This document shows positions 39,722 to 53,143 of a stretch of DNA of 64,000 nt, piece after piece. Each line of letters starts with the position of its first letter. The first letter of the stretch is position 1. The notes below the pieces were generated by a model, which had not been told where the DNA came from, searched no databases, and was given only the letters and a program-made list of their open reading frames with translations. The DNA comes from Felis catus (taxonomy: Eukaryota): assembly GCF_018350175.1 (NCBI RefSeq), contig NC_058368.1, forward strand, positions 48,672,001-48,736,000. The letters run 5' to 3'. Made by a program: the position numbers and the translations under genes.

Positions 39722-40697
39722 AAGGCTTATATTATTAACTGAAGAAACCAATGAACTTCTATTAACACAGAAGTCTCTAGAGAATTATGAAATAATGCCA
39801 GCAGTACAATATCCATAGGCTCATATTCTTAGAATAAAGCATCCCTAGTATACCTTACCATACCAGGGGACCGAGATAATGAAAACTCACAAAAGAGAAA
39901 AAGTAAGAAAAATGGCAGTCACCTTGCTATAAAACGTAGTAAAAAATCTATTTTCCCTACTCTTATCACAGCAAGTTATACCCAGCCAAGGGCATCACAT
40001 CTTAGAGGGAGTCCTTCACATTGTAGACCTCGGAGATTTGTGTATCTGTTAGCAAAATGTTCTGGATGGCAGTATACTACAACAATTTTTTGTCAATCAG
40101 AGTAGTCTTAAGGAAATGATGCATTTTCCTTCTCACACAAAGCACTATATGAGCTAACAGTGGCTATAAACATGAAGCATGATTAGTCAAATGGTAAAGC
40201 ACAAAGCATCCTCCAAATTGATAGGAGTCATATAGGAAATAAAAGAAAATAAATATCCACTTTGATTAAATTCACAAAAGGAATTATGAAGGAAAAATAG
40301 CTAAAAAATCATAACTGAGAAAAAGTATATGGTTGTTATGTTACATGTAACTATTAAAAAGCAGAGAAAATGAGTTAAAAAAAAAACCCTAGATACTGAA
40401 AAACAACAACAACAACACTACTTTATAAGACAAAACAAATTAAAAAAGAAAAGCTAATGACAGAATAAATTGATTGGTAGAGTAAAATCCAATATAGTTA
40501 AACTCTTCCTCAAAAAGAAAACAGGAATGGCAATATGAACATCAGTATAGGATAAGTTTCATTTTAAAGGCATTCAATAAAAAGAATAGTAATTTTAAGA
40601 AATGTCATGGAGTTATATGTACCAAACAATACACAAATAAACATACAAGCAAAGCTCTAAAAAATTTAATGAAGACATAAAACAACAAAACTTTCAA

Positions 40698-41753
40698 AAC
40701 AAAACATAAGTAAAAAGCTTCATGACAATGGATTTGGCAAGGAGATCTTGGACATGATACCAACAGTATGGGCAACAAAAGAAAAAACAGATAAATAGGA
40801 CGAAAACAAAATTAACAGCTTTTGTGCCTCAAAGGACACTCTCAACAGAGTGAAGAGGCAACCCACAGAATGGGAGAAAACTATTTACAAATCACGTATC
40901 TGATAAGGGGTTAATATCCAGAATATACAAAGAACTTCTAAAAGTCAACAATAAAATCAAAACTAAAAATGGGCAAAGTAAATGAACAGACATGTCTCTG
41001 AAGAAAATATACAAATGGCCAATAAGCAAATGAAAGGATGCTCACCATCACTAATCATCAGGGAAATGCAAACCAAAATCACAATGAGACGTCACTTCAC
41101 ACCCATCAGAATGGCTATTATCAAAAGAAAAAAAAATAATTCCAGAAAATAGTAAGTATTAGCTAGAATGTAGAGAAATCGGAACCCCTGTGCCCTGCTG
41201 ATGGAAATGCAAAATGGTGCAGGTGCTGCGGCAAACAGTATAGCAATTCCTAAAAAATTAAACACAGAATTACAATATACAGCAATTCCCCTTCTGGTTA
41301 TGTGTCCAAAAGAATTTAAAGCAGAGACTCAAAAGACATTTGTACACACATGTTCATGTGGTATAAATACAACTTAACATTATACAGCCTTAAAAAAGGA
41401 CACCTGGACAAACGCTCGCACATAAATAAACTGTGAAGACATTATGCTAACTAAAATAAGCCAGTCACAAAAAGACAACATAGGATTCTACTTATAAGAA
41501 GTATCTAAAATAGTCAAACTCCTAGAAACAGAAAGTAGCATGGTGGTTGCCGGGGAGGTGGGGGGGCAGGTAGTGGGAGTAGTGTAATTAGTATATAGTT
41601 TCAGTTTTGCCAGATGAGTAAGTTCTGGAGATGCACAGCACAACAATGTGAATATACTTAACACTACTTAATTGTACGCTAAGAATGGGTGAGATGGTAA
41701 ATTTTATGTTGCTTATATTTTATAATTTAAAATAATAAAAAATAAATTTTAAA
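40698..41753 (+). mobile_element. L1MB-like 3' fragment (ORF2 C-terminus and 3' UTR)
   Basis: gtgaagaggcaacccacagaatgggagaaaa...gggaaatgcaaaccaaaatcacaatgaga...gtgaatatacttaacactactta. Confidence 0.9.
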
Positions 41754-42369
41754 AATCCAATGAAGATACAAAAACAAGATCAGAATGTAGAACTTAATAC
41801 ACCACCTTTTGAATTAATCCAATTTAACTGAAAAAAATGTTATAACTTAAAATAACCTAAAACAAATCAACTCACTTCAACCTGTTAAACTCCATTTAAC
41901 AGGTGAAAAATGGGTTATCACATTCCTCAGTTGAGAAAATACTTTTATTCAAAATCTATGAAACATTTCTAAAAACAAATCATATAGATACAAAGAAAAA
42001 TATAGTTATTTTAAAATGAGACTATTTAACAAAGTCTTTGAATATAAATCAAAATTTAAATATAAATACAAGATAAAGACCTAAAAATAGTTAATACTCA
42101 GAAATTTTAAAACATAGTCCTAGAAATCCTTGATTCAAAGAAGAAATCAATTATAAATTATAAGTTAAATTATAATAAAATTACAACAAAAATCACAAAA
42201 ATTAGGAACAATGAATAATTGTTTGGAATTATTCCAAATAAATATTTGGAAGAAGAATTCTTCCAAAAAAAAAAAAAAAAAAAAAAGCATAGAATATAGC
42301 AAAGGATGTTTAGTCAGAACAGTATTTCTAACTTGAATGCCTTCATAGTTAAAAGGAGATTTACCTTTT

Positions 42370-42591
42370 TTTTTTTTTTTTTTTAATTAACGTTTATTTA
42401 TTTTTGAGACAGAGAGAGACAGAGCATGAACGGGGGAGGGGCAGAGAGAGAGGGAGACACAGAATCGGAAGCAGGCTCCAGGCTCTGAGTTGTCAGCACA
42501 GAGCCCGATGCAGGGCTCGAACTCCCCGACCGCGAGATCGTGACCTGAGCCAAAGTCGGATGCTTAACCGACTGCGCCACCCAGGCGCCCC
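42370..42591 (-). mobile_element. Young felid CAN-SINE
   Basis: TSD agatttacctttt at 42357-42369 and 42593-42605; CpG-rich. Confidence 0.95.
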
Positions 42592-42620
42592 AAGATTTAC
42601 CTTTTAAAGAAATAAGTTAA

Positions 42621-42849
42621 GGGGCGCCTGGGTGGCGCAGTTGGTTGAGCGTCCGACTTCAGCCAGGTCACGATCTCGCGGTCCGGGAGTTCGAGCCCCG
42701 CGTCAGGCTCTGGGCTGATGGTTCAGAGCCTGGAGCCTGTTTCAGATTCTGTGTCTCCCTCTCTCTCTGTCCCTCCCCCGTTCATGCTCTGTCTCTCTCT
42801 GTCCCAAAAATAAATAAACGTTGAAAAAAAAATTTTTTTTTAAATAAAG
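42621..42849 (+). mobile_element. Young SINEC_Fc-type SINE
   Basis: TSD aaagaa(a/c)taagttaa at 42606-42620 and 42850-42864. Confidence 0.95.
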
Positions 42850-43139
42850 AAAGAACTAAGTTAAAAAAAAAAAAAAGACAAATAATTAAGAAAATATGAG
42901 CTAAAAGTCATGAGAGAAAATAAAAGCAGTAGAAATGAAGTAAAATTCAAAAGTTGTTTTTTAAGCATAATAAAATAGCAAAGAAACTTATGGAACATTT
43001 TTTAAAAAACAGTTAAAAAAAGACCATATTAGGAGTTTAAAAAGTTACAGAAACTTTACGATAGAAATGTAATTACATAGTAGGGAATAGTAAATGCTAT
43101 CCTAAGGCAACAAATTTGAAAGCTTATGAAGCAAATGAG

Positions 43140-43512
43140 TAGAGACGGACATGAACATCATGGATATGGAAAACAAAGTGGTGGTTGCCAGGGTCTGGGT
43201 GTGGATGGCATGGATAAAAATGGTCAAAAGGTACAAACTTGCAGTTATAAGACAAGTAAGCTCTGGGCATACAATGTACAGCATGGTGACTACAGTTATC
43301 AATAATGTATTGTATTTGAAAGTTGCTGACAGTAAATCTTAAAAGTTTCATCACAAGAAAGAGAAACAATTGTAGCTGTGTCGTGATAGATGTTAACTTG
43401 TGCTGATCATTTAGCAATATATGCATACAGCAAATCATATGTTGTATACCTAAAACTACTAAACTGTTATGTCAGTTATATCTCAATCAATCAATTAAAA
43501 AAAAAAAAAAAG
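43140..43512 (+). mobile_element. L1MA9-like 3' end with poly(A)
   Basis: ggtcaaaaggtacaaacttgcagttataag...tacagcatggtgactacagtt...gttatatctcaat. Confidence 0.88.
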
Positions 43513-43754
43513 AAAACACATGAGCAATTTCTTACCCAAAACTTAATCCAAAAAAGAAGATGACAACTGTAATGGACAAGTACACAGAAGAAATTAGAAA
43601 AAAATAATACATATATGCCACTCAAAAAAAAAAAAAAAGTAAAAACCATGACCTAATGGTTTGCACCTAATACTAGCCTATAAGGAACAGTTTTAAATGT
43701 AGCTCATGGAAAGACATGAATATTTTCTCAATTTATGTATCCACCAACATATTT

Positions 43755-43922
43755 ATTTATTTTTTAAGTAAAAAGAGGGAGGGAGAGAGAGAGAATCCCA
43801 AGCAGGCTCTGCACTGTCAGCACAGAGCCCGGCGCAGGTCTCAAACCCACAAACCATGAGATCATGACCTGGGCTATAACCAAGAGTCAGACACTTAACC
43901 AACTAAGCCACCCAGGTGACCC
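43755..43922 (-). mobile_element. CAN-SINE
   Basis: TSD tccaccaa(c/a)atattt. Confidence 0.92.
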
Positions 43923-44140
43923 TCCACCAAAATATTTGTATAAAAATATGATTCAATAGCAAAGAAAATACTATAGACCAATCCCACTTGTGAATACAGA
44001 TGTGTATATTCTAAGTATCATTCTATCAAACAGAATCAAGAAAATTTACACAAAAATAAATTATGAAAAATCAGGGTTTGATCCCCTAATGCAAAGATAG
44101 TTCAATGTTAATAAATCCTCTAATGAAATGCTTTATAACA

Positions 44141-44341
44141 AGGGCACCTGGGTGTCTCAGTTGGTTGGGCGTCTGACTTCGACTCAGATCATGATCTCCC
44201 GGTTTGTGACTACGAGCCCCACATCAGGTTCACTGCTGTCAGCCTGTCAGCACAGAGCCGGCTTCAGATTCTCTGTGCCCCTCTCTCTGCCTCTCCCCCA
44301 CTTGCACTCGCCCCAAAAATAAATAAATAAATAAATTTTTA
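44141..44341 (+). mobile_element. CAN-SINE
   Basis: TSD aaatgcttta(t/g)aaca. Confidence 0.92.
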
Positions 44342-44640
44342 AAATGCTTTAGAACAGCCAACTAAATGAGAAAGATGATTTATCAGATGAGTTTTAAAAA
44401 TACCTATATAAAATTCAACAAGCATTCCAAAAAAAAAAAAAGGAAATAAATCAAGCACATTTAAGGTAAACTGGAGAAGGAAAATACTAAGGATAAATAT
44501 CCTATAAAATCATGCTTCTGAGGCCAAAGACTTTTAAAGTCACAAGGCAACCAGGTGATAGGTTCCAGTGGGTAACAAGCCCCTTTCACAGAGAAACAGG
44601 CTATTGCCTTTGGCCATAATAATGGGAAAAAAAAAAAAAA

Positions 44641-44865
44641 TGAACAGTCCTAAAAGCAAGTAAGAAACAGAAAGTAGAATGGTGGCTGTCAGGGACTCAG
44701 GAGAGTGGGAAATAGAGTTGCTTATAATGGGTATACAGTTTCAGTTTGGCAAGATGAAAAAGTTGAGATCTTTCACACAATGTGAATAGAATTGACATTA
44801 TTAAGCTGTAGTTTTAAAAACAGTTAAGATGGTATTTTTGTTGTTTTTTATTGCAATAAAAATTT
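44641..44865 (+). mobile_element. L1MB-like 3' UTR fragment
   Basis: agaaacagaaagtagaatggtggctgtcaggg...cagtttcagtttggcaagatgaaaaagtt. Confidence 0.82.
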
Positions 44866-46627
44866 TTTTCTTCTAATTTTTAAACGTATATATAAGCGAC
44901 TAAAATTTTATCAAATTCCTAAAAGCTCAGTATGGGCTAGCACAGTCAATTAGTATTCCAGAAAGCCCCTGATGCAAGGACAGACGCTCCACAGTCATCA
45001 CCCTGCTCTTTTTGCAAGTCTCCTCCAGGTACTACGACAAAAGAATGTAACAACAGACCTAAGTAAGCCCTGCCTTGAAAGGGGGTACAAAGGGAGACAT
45101 CCGCTACCACTGGGACACAAGGATAAAAACTGGCCTCATCCCAGACTCTACTATCAACTGAAGCAAAAGCCATCTGCCACAGGAGCCAGGACAGTAAATA
45201 CTCCTGCTTCTTCCGTGAAAAGATGGACTACAGCTAGAGAAGGAGGTGAAGCCACTGGAAGAGAGACTAGACTCTCTGACTATCCCCTTCCCTAAGCTCA
45301 AAGAAAAGCAGCCGCTGGGTAAGAGCACTCACACACACTTGCCCCTGCACTGAACACTAGGTAAAACTCCTCTGCTCCTGGGATGAGGCAGAAAACTCAC
45401 TCAGGCCCAGGATTCTAAAATGATTCAAAAATGAAGTCAGACATACTGGTATACAGAAAACACACACAAACATAAGCCTGCCATTGACACAACACAATTT
45501 GGCCACCAAAAGAAGGTACAGGCATGCTTTCAAAGTCTCAACTCAGACTGAGGTACACCAGGCTTGCCTAAGGCTGAAGTTGGTGTAAAAGAACTGAGAC
45601 CCCCCCTCCCCACCTCCCACCCATCTGCACCTCCACCCAGACTACCTGCTGGGATAGAGAAAAAGGACAAAAGGAGGTTTCCTATGACACTGGAGTTCAG
45701 AGCTGACTGAAAGTTGAGGGTATAGCAGGAACACAGAGAAGAAAAATTCTGACATTCCAGGACTCACAGAAGTGTCAAGGTAAAAGCAATGAATTCCTGA
45801 AGGAACTTGCACTATCACATCACTAGAGACTTCAAGAGCAAAGACCAAGTAAAAACTCGGCACATCTACTGACCAAACCGATTCATCCTCCCCCTGCACA
45901 GACACTAGTATCTTGCAGAATATGAGATATGTCTGCTTCTTAGCATAATGATTTACTTCAGTCTCTGCTGTTCTTTTATACATAATGTCATAGAGTCAAT
46001 CAAATGTTACAAGACACAAAAACAAAGCAAGTTACACATTGTTAAGATATAAAGCTATCAACATAATCAGATGCCAAGATGGCAGAGATGTTGAAACTAT
46101 CAAGGAGAGACTTTAAAATAGCTATGATTAAATGTAAAAGAATCTAGAGATAAAGACAAACAGCATGCATACATGAAGAAATTCAGTAAATAGGTGGAAA
46201 TTTTTAAAAACTGATATGAAAATGCTAAAGAAATAGCTTCATCAAAGAATTCGCTTTATCAAAGAATTCTTTCACTGAGTTTACAAAAAACTGACCACAA
46301 CAGGAAGAATTAGTAAATGTGAAGCTAGACCACAGAAATTATTCAGACTGAAAACTGAATGGGGGGTGGCCGCTACAGAGGATCCAAGACCTATGGGACA
46401 ACATGAAGTAGACTACTGTACTTGTCAAAATAATCCAGAAAGAGAAGAGAGAAAAGGGGGCAGAAGAAATACTCAAAAAGATAACAGAAATAAACCTATC
46501 AAAAATCAGAAGGGACAATAAACTACAAATCAAAAAAGCTAAAACAACCCCAAAATAGGATCACAAATGACTACATACTTATGCACATTTGGTTTCAATG
46601 AAGACCAGAGTTAAAAAAATATATCCT

Positions 46628-46855
46628 GGGGCACCCGGGTGGCTCAGTTGGTTAAGTGTCCGACTTCAGCTCAGGTCATATCTCAAGGTTTGTGAGTTTG
46701 AGCCCCGCATTGGGCTCTGTGCTGACAGCTCGGAGCCTGAAGCCTGCTTTGGATTCTGTGTCTCCCTCTCTCTGTTCCTCCCCACTCACTCTCTCTCTCT
46801 GTCTCAAAAATAAATAAAGATTAAAAAAAAAATTTTTTTTTTTAAAATATATATA
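46628..46855 (+). mobile_element. CAN-SINE inside L1 ORF1
   Basis: Canonical head and body; TSD atatatcctg. Confidence 0.93.
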
Positions 46856-47948
46856 TATATCCTGAAGGCAGCCAGAGAAAAAGAGAAACATTACATATAG
46901 AGGAACAAAACCCAGAATGACAAAGGACATCTCTTCAGAAACCATGTAAGCTGGGGGATAATATAGCAACATCTTGAAACTAATGGGGAGAAAACTGTCA
47001 AACTAAAATTCAAACCCAGCTAAAATATTTCAGAAACAAAGGCAAGTAGACTCTTTCAGATAAGCAAAACTGTGAAAAATCACTGTCAGCAGACCTACAT
47101 TTCAAGAAATATTTTATTTAGGCAAAAGTAATACGATACTAGATAGAAATTTACAACAAAGAAATAAAGAACCTTTGAAATATTTAAAAAAAATCCATAA
47201 ATATAAAAAAATTCTTTTCTGATTTGTAATCACTATTAAAAGGAATTAAATCTTTAAAGCAAATACCTTTGAAATATATGATTTATTATATGTGTAAGTT
47301 AAAATATATTAGGAAAATAGCATCAACAGGAGAGAAAAAATGGCAGTATACTGTTGTAATATTCTAACATCATACAGAAAGTGGTATTATATCATTTGAC
47401 TGTGAGAAATTCATGATGTATATTGCAAACCCGGAAATAACCACTAAAAATATAAAACAAAGAAATATAACTAATAAGCCATTAGTGGAAATAAAATTGA
47501 CTACTAAAAAATAATCAAGCCCAAAAAAGGCTAGAAATGGAAAAATAAGAGCAAAAAACAGGTGAGACAAATACAAAATGAATAGCAAATTAGTACACAG
47601 AAACCCAATCACATAAAAATGTTTAATGTAAACTAACAAATCATTCTAAACAAAAGTTGGAGACAGAGTGGATTAAAAAGTCACACCCAATTACATGTTA
47701 CATGATATATCGTATAATTGTGTGTGTGTGTGTGTGTATACATACATATAGTACAATTATAACTTATAGAATTATATGTTGTCTATAAAGGAAAAAGAGT
47801 AATATTACAGGGGTCAATTCACCAAGAAAACACAATACTAAATATGTACGCACCTAATAACAAAGCTTTCAAAATGCATAAAGCAAAAAGTACTAAAACT
47901 GAAAAGAGAATTGGGTTAATTCACAATTGTATTTTAAATACTTAAGCC

Positions 47949-48003
47949 AGAAACCAATTTGACAAATTTCATATATTGAAAATAAATAAATAAATAAATA
48001 AAT
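47949..48003 (+). mobile_element. Ultra-truncated felid L1 3' terminus with (AAAT)n tail
   Basis: agaaaccaatttgacaaatttcatatattgaa plus tail; 13-bp TSD aaatacttaagcc at 47936-47948 and 48004-48016. Confidence 0.8.
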
Positions 48004-49530
48004 AAATACTTAAGCCCATCTTTCCCAATAACTGACAGAAGAGAGAAAAATATCAGTTGACAAAGACTTGAAGACATTATTAACCAACTTGGCTCAATCA
48101 TATTTATAAAATATAAACCTGACATTCATAGAAAGCTCTATCCAATGACAGGAAACCTTGTTTTCAAGTGTACATGTAATAATTACCGATACAGATCATA
48201 TACTGAGTGATAAAACAAATCTCAGAAAACTTTTAAAGAATCAAAATCATACAGATTCTGAAAACCATGGAATTAAACTAGAAACCAACAGCAGAAAGAT
48301 ATCTGTGAGATCACCAAATATCTGAATATTAAAAACACAATTCTAAACAATCCAAAGTCAAAGAAGAAATCACAATGGAAATTACAAAGTATTTGAACTG
48401 AATTAAACTTTAAAAGAGCAGTGCTCAAAGTAAAATTTATAACATCATATCCTTATATAAGAAGAAAGGTCTCAAGCTTCCATCTTAAAAAACTAAAAAC
48501 AGAACAAATTAAACCCATGACAAGCATAAGAAAGGAAATAATAAAGAATTAGAAAAAGTAAAAGTTGGAGAAAAAAATAATGAAACCAAAAGCTGGCCCT
48601 TTCAGAACATCAAAAAAATTAATACACCTCTGGCCAGACTGATCAAGACAAAAAGAGAAAAATCACAAATCACCAACATCAGGTATAACAAGTAGTCACT
48701 GTAGATCCTAAAAACATTAAAAGAATAGGACAATATAAACAACTTTATGCCAATAAATTCTGTAACTCAGATGAAAAAGCCAAATTCCTTCAAAACACGA
48801 AGAAGTTTCATTCACAAATGAATATATAATCTGAATAGCTCTGTGCTAAATAAATGGAATTTATAGTTTAAAACCTTCCTACAAAGGAAAGAAAAAAACA
48901 AAAAACAAAACAAAACAAAAAACCCTCTAAACCCAGATGGAGCCTCTTGTGAATTCTTCCACACATCTAAGGAAGAAATAATTCCACACAAAGTATTCCA
49001 AAAAAGAAAAAAGAAAAAAAAAAAAAAAACCCAGAAGATGATAAAACACTTCCCAAGTTATTTTAGGAGGTGAGGAATAACCCTGAAAGCAAAATCAGAT
49101 ACAGACACTAAAAAGAATAAATAGTACTGACCACCATGTCCCATGAACTTATATATTTTTTATTTCTTAACAAAATATAAGAAAATCAAATACAACTATA
49201 TATAATTAGATGCCACATCAAGAACAAGTAAGACTTATACAAGGAATGAAAGGCTGACACAACATTTAAAATCGAGCAACACACACACAAATCAAACACA
49301 ATTAACTCACTAAATTAACAGACTAAAACAGAAAATCATATATCATCTCAATAAATACAAAATAGCCAAAAGCCTATAAAACTACTTATAACTAAATTCA
49401 AGTAATGAGGAAACAACTATTACAAATAAAATACTAAAATCTTTTTGAAACATAAAAAATGATATAAACAGAAGGACATCCATGTTCTTGAATTGGGATG
49501 ATACTCTGCACTAAAAGTATTAAAATGTTA

Positions 49531-49605
49531 TAGAAACCAATTTGACAGTAAATATCATATATTGAAAAAAATAAAAATAAAAATAAAAGTATTCTTAATA
49601 AAAAA

Positions 49606-49644
<39 letters not shown>

Positions 49645-49655
49645 AAATAAATAAA
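49531..49655 (+). mobile_element. Ultra-truncated felid L1 3' terminus with bipartite tail
   Basis: tagaaaccaatttgacagtaaatatcatatattgaaaa; TSD taaaatgtta at 49521-49530 and 49656-49665. Confidence 0.78.
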
Positions 49656-50079
49656 TAAAATGTTAATTGTTCCCAGAGTATATATAACTTAATGCAATTC
49701 TAATTAGATTCACAACAGAGTTTTTGTGTATCTTTTGCCCAGGGAAGTTGGAACAATGGATGAAATATTCCTCAGATTTGCACTTTACTATTTTAAAAGG
49801 AAAAAAAATCTAGTATTATAGGATATATTAGAACATAAGACAATACAATTAGGGAATTTGTATTTACTTGTAAAAGGACACATTACTTTAAAAATGGTGC
49901 TGATACCAGTTATGTATCTGAAAGTAAATAAAAGTGGACCCCTCTCCTATAGCACATATAACTACAAATTCCAAATTTACCAAAGATAAGATCAAAGTGG
50001 AAAGAAAAATACAATCTAAGTGTAGGTTACACATCTGTTTTACCAATGGAGAAAACACTGAAAAAAAAAAAGTTAACCA

Positions 50080-50295
50080 GGGGCACCTGGGTGGCTCAGT
50101 CGGTTAAGCATCAGACTTCAGCTTAGGTCATGATCTCACAGTTCTTGGTTTCAAGTCCTGCATGGGGCTCTGTGCTGACAGCTCAAAGGCTAAAGCCTGC
50201 TTTGGATTCTGTGTCTCCCTCTCTCTCTGCCCCTCCCCAGCTCATGCTCTGTCTCTCCCTCTTCCTCTTTCTCTCTCTCTCAAAAAAAAAAAAAA
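50080..50295 (+). mobile_element. CAN-SINE
   Basis: TSD aaaagttaaccag. Confidence 0.93.
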
Positions 50296-50382
50296 AAAAA
50301 AGTTAACCAGACAGAATGATTACATAAAATTTAAAAATGTTACACATCAAAAGATACTTCTTAAACAGAAAAGATCAGTTTT

Positions 50383-50508
50383 GTTTTGAAGTAGACTCTA
50401 CACCCAGAGTGAAGCACAATGTAGGGCTTGAACTCAGGAACCTGAGATCAAGACATGAATTGAGAGCAAGAACAGAACACTTAACCGACTGAGCCACCCA
50501 AGTGCCCC
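50383..50508 (-). mobile_element. Short CAN-SINE variant lacking the CT tract
   Basis: Reverse head ttaaccgactgagccacccaagtgcccc; TSD aaaaga(t/c)cagtttt. Confidence 0.85.
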
Positions 50509-52354
50509 AAAAGACCAGTTTTTGAAAAAAAATATTTGCCATACAGGTACCAGACCAATGGTTACTAGCTATAATATATAAACTCCCACAGGACAACAAC
50601 CAAGTAGAAAAATGAGCAAAAAGTATGAAAGGGCCATTCTTAGAAAACAATTCCAACGTAGCTACAAATAGGAAGAGATCTTCAAGGTCACCAACAGTTA
50701 GGAAATACTAATTTAAAGTAACAATGAGATACTACTACAAAACTATCAGACTGGAAAAGTCCATTGCTGATGGACTTTCAAGGAAAGGGTTTTGCCCACA
50801 TTACTGGTAAAAACATGAACTGTTACAGCCTTTTTCTTCAAAGCAATGTGGCAACATTTTGAAGCAGAACATAACTGCATCCTGGGAATCTATCGCATTG
50901 GTCTGTCAGAGTATAGCTATAAAGATATGTATTACAATATTGCTTTTAGTGGAAAAAGGTAGAAACAAAGTATTGCCCATCAGTAAATTAATGGTTAACT
51001 AGACTATGAAATAACCATACTTTAGAGTATCATGCAACAGTTGTTTTGTTTTGTAAATGGAGTAAAGCTATAGCGGTTGAGTGGGAGTATTTCCCTTTGA
51101 AAGTACTAAACCAAAAATAAAGTTGATAATAGTCTCCAAAATATAATCCCATTTTTATAATCAGTGATCAAAAAACCTTGTGTGAATGTGTTTATAACAC
51201 TGAGAATATGGAGAACAATAAAAAAGACACATAGTCCTGATAACATGGGTTATGGGGGAATGGAATGTTACCGCCAGCTACAAGGGGAGCTGAGTAAAAA
51301 GGAAGGAAGATAAGAAGGAAAAGAAAGGAAGAAAGAAAGAAAAAAATGAAGTTTTCACACACATACTTTTATTAGAGAGAGAATATATTTGTAAACCCTG
51401 CTCAATGAGTGAGTTTCTGCAAAACAAAGCTTATCCCTGGGAACACAGATCTTAAGCTGTTGTCCTTTGAAAACCTAAGTCATAAAAGTAATAATAAATT
51501 AATTTAAATAAATATCTAACGTTGGGTTGGTTACAAGCATTAAATGAGATAATGGCGTTTAAGTGTATCATACACATTTTAAGTACAATAAATGCAAAAT
51601 ATTTTTTTCAAAAGGAAAAAAAACTAAGACAATCACATGCTTAAATGGAAACAGATTTTCTGATAAGATAAAAAGTACTTAAAAGAAACTAAAACATAAA
51701 TCTAAAAATATCTAGGTACTATTTTTAGGCACACTAAGGATCTAAATGAAAATAAAATAAACCGAAATATACTAGAGCAAGGCCCTCTCTTTGGGTTTAG
51801 TTGTGCCGGTTCCTCCTGATCTGTTTACACCTGAGACAAAGCCCAGGTTTTATTTACTGTTGTATTCTCAGCACCTAGCACAAGCACTGGTACATGGTAA
51901 GTGATGAACCACCTCCCTAATTTTCTTCAGAGTATTCATGCCTCTATTTGCACAGTGTCTTCTACAGTTAAGTTGCTCTTTCTGAGCTATATGGGTTTTT
52001 TTTTTTTTATGCCCCTTTAAAGTACATTTTGGAAGGAGAAAGAATTCATCCAATAATATTCACTGAATATCTCACATGAGCTAGACACTAGACATTGGCA
52101 CCTCCTTTGAGCAATGGAGACTATCTTAAACTAAATGAAACTTAGGAAGACAGCAATCAGATGAAATGGAAAAAATTATTTTACTGGTGTTGAAAATCAA
52201 GGTTCTAGTTTTAATTTGGCCACCTTCTAGTTATTCTACCTTCAGATGACCTTAATATCCTCATGAATAAAATGATAACATGTGTACAATCTACCTTATA
52301 AGATTATCAAAAAACAACTCTGTAAACCACCAAGCACTAACCAAAAAGCACTAA

Positions 52355-52390
<36 letters not shown>

Positions 52391-52923
52391 TTGGTTTTTT
52401 TTTTTTTTGCTATCCCATACTTCTCAAGTATTCTAAAGTGTCTTATTTACCAAGCTATTTATAAATAAGAACAACTGCCTCAGCTCAGAGCCTTGGTATA
52501 ATCCCAATATATTCAATATAGTGCTCAGCGTACAATAAGAATTCCATCAATGCTCTTTATAGACTCATTAAGAGTGAATTTCTTTCTGGTTATGTATTAT
52601 CTCAAAATGAAATATTTTGTGTTTAAGTGTTCTGTATTTATACCTAAAGCAGAAAGCTAATGCACATTCCAGAGGATGTCACTTTAAATAACCAACCACT
52701 TTAATGTAAAGTTTCTTTCTGCAACACCTCTGATAAATTACAATGGACTCCGACCTTCTTGATCAGAAAACTGATCAGTTTCCAAGTTTTTCCTTCCATT
52801 ATTCTTATGTTAAAAACAAACAAACAAAACCTCTTATTCCTATATTCAAAGTTTTTGGTCATTGCTTAAATTTAGCAATATGAAAAAAATTTGACTACAC
52901 AGCCTCACATAAAGTATATTTTT

Positions 52924-53143
52924 TTCATTATTTTAACTTATTTTTTTAAGTTTATTTCTTTATTTTGAGAGAAAGAGAGCAAGCAGGGGAGAAGCGCAGA
53001 GAGAGAGAGAGAGAGAGAGAACCCCCAAGTGGCCTCTGCCTATGAGCACAGAGTCAGACATGGAGCCTGAACCTATGAACCCTGAGATCATGTGCCAAAA
53101 TCAAGAGTCAGACACTTAAACAACTGAGCCACCCAGACGCCCC
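52924..53143 (-). mobile_element. CAN-SINE
   Basis: Reverse head ctgagccacccagacgcccc; TSD ataaagt(a/g)tattttt. Confidence 0.9.

Larger units (their letters stand above)
44950..49365 (+). mobile_element. Decayed 5' half of an L1 (5' UTR, ORF1, ORF2 endonuclease to start of RT)
   Basis: ORF1 C-terminal motif cctgaaggcagccagagaaaaag...acatatagagg (LKAAREK..ITYRG); endonuclease motif ggtcaattcaccaagaaaacacaatactaaatatgtacgcacctaa; gaaaccaaaagctgg; many stops and frameshifts; 5' boundary uncertain. Confidence 0.8.
40300..51380 (+). mobile_element. Ancient L1 (L1ME-like) scaffold broken up by many later insertions
   Basis: Collinear pieces: endonuclease-like at about 40560-40690 and 41760-42350, RT-like at about 43960-44440 (ctatagaccaatcccacttgtgaatacagatg), C-terminal ORF2 and 3' UTR at about 49380-51380. 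Confidence 0.6.
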
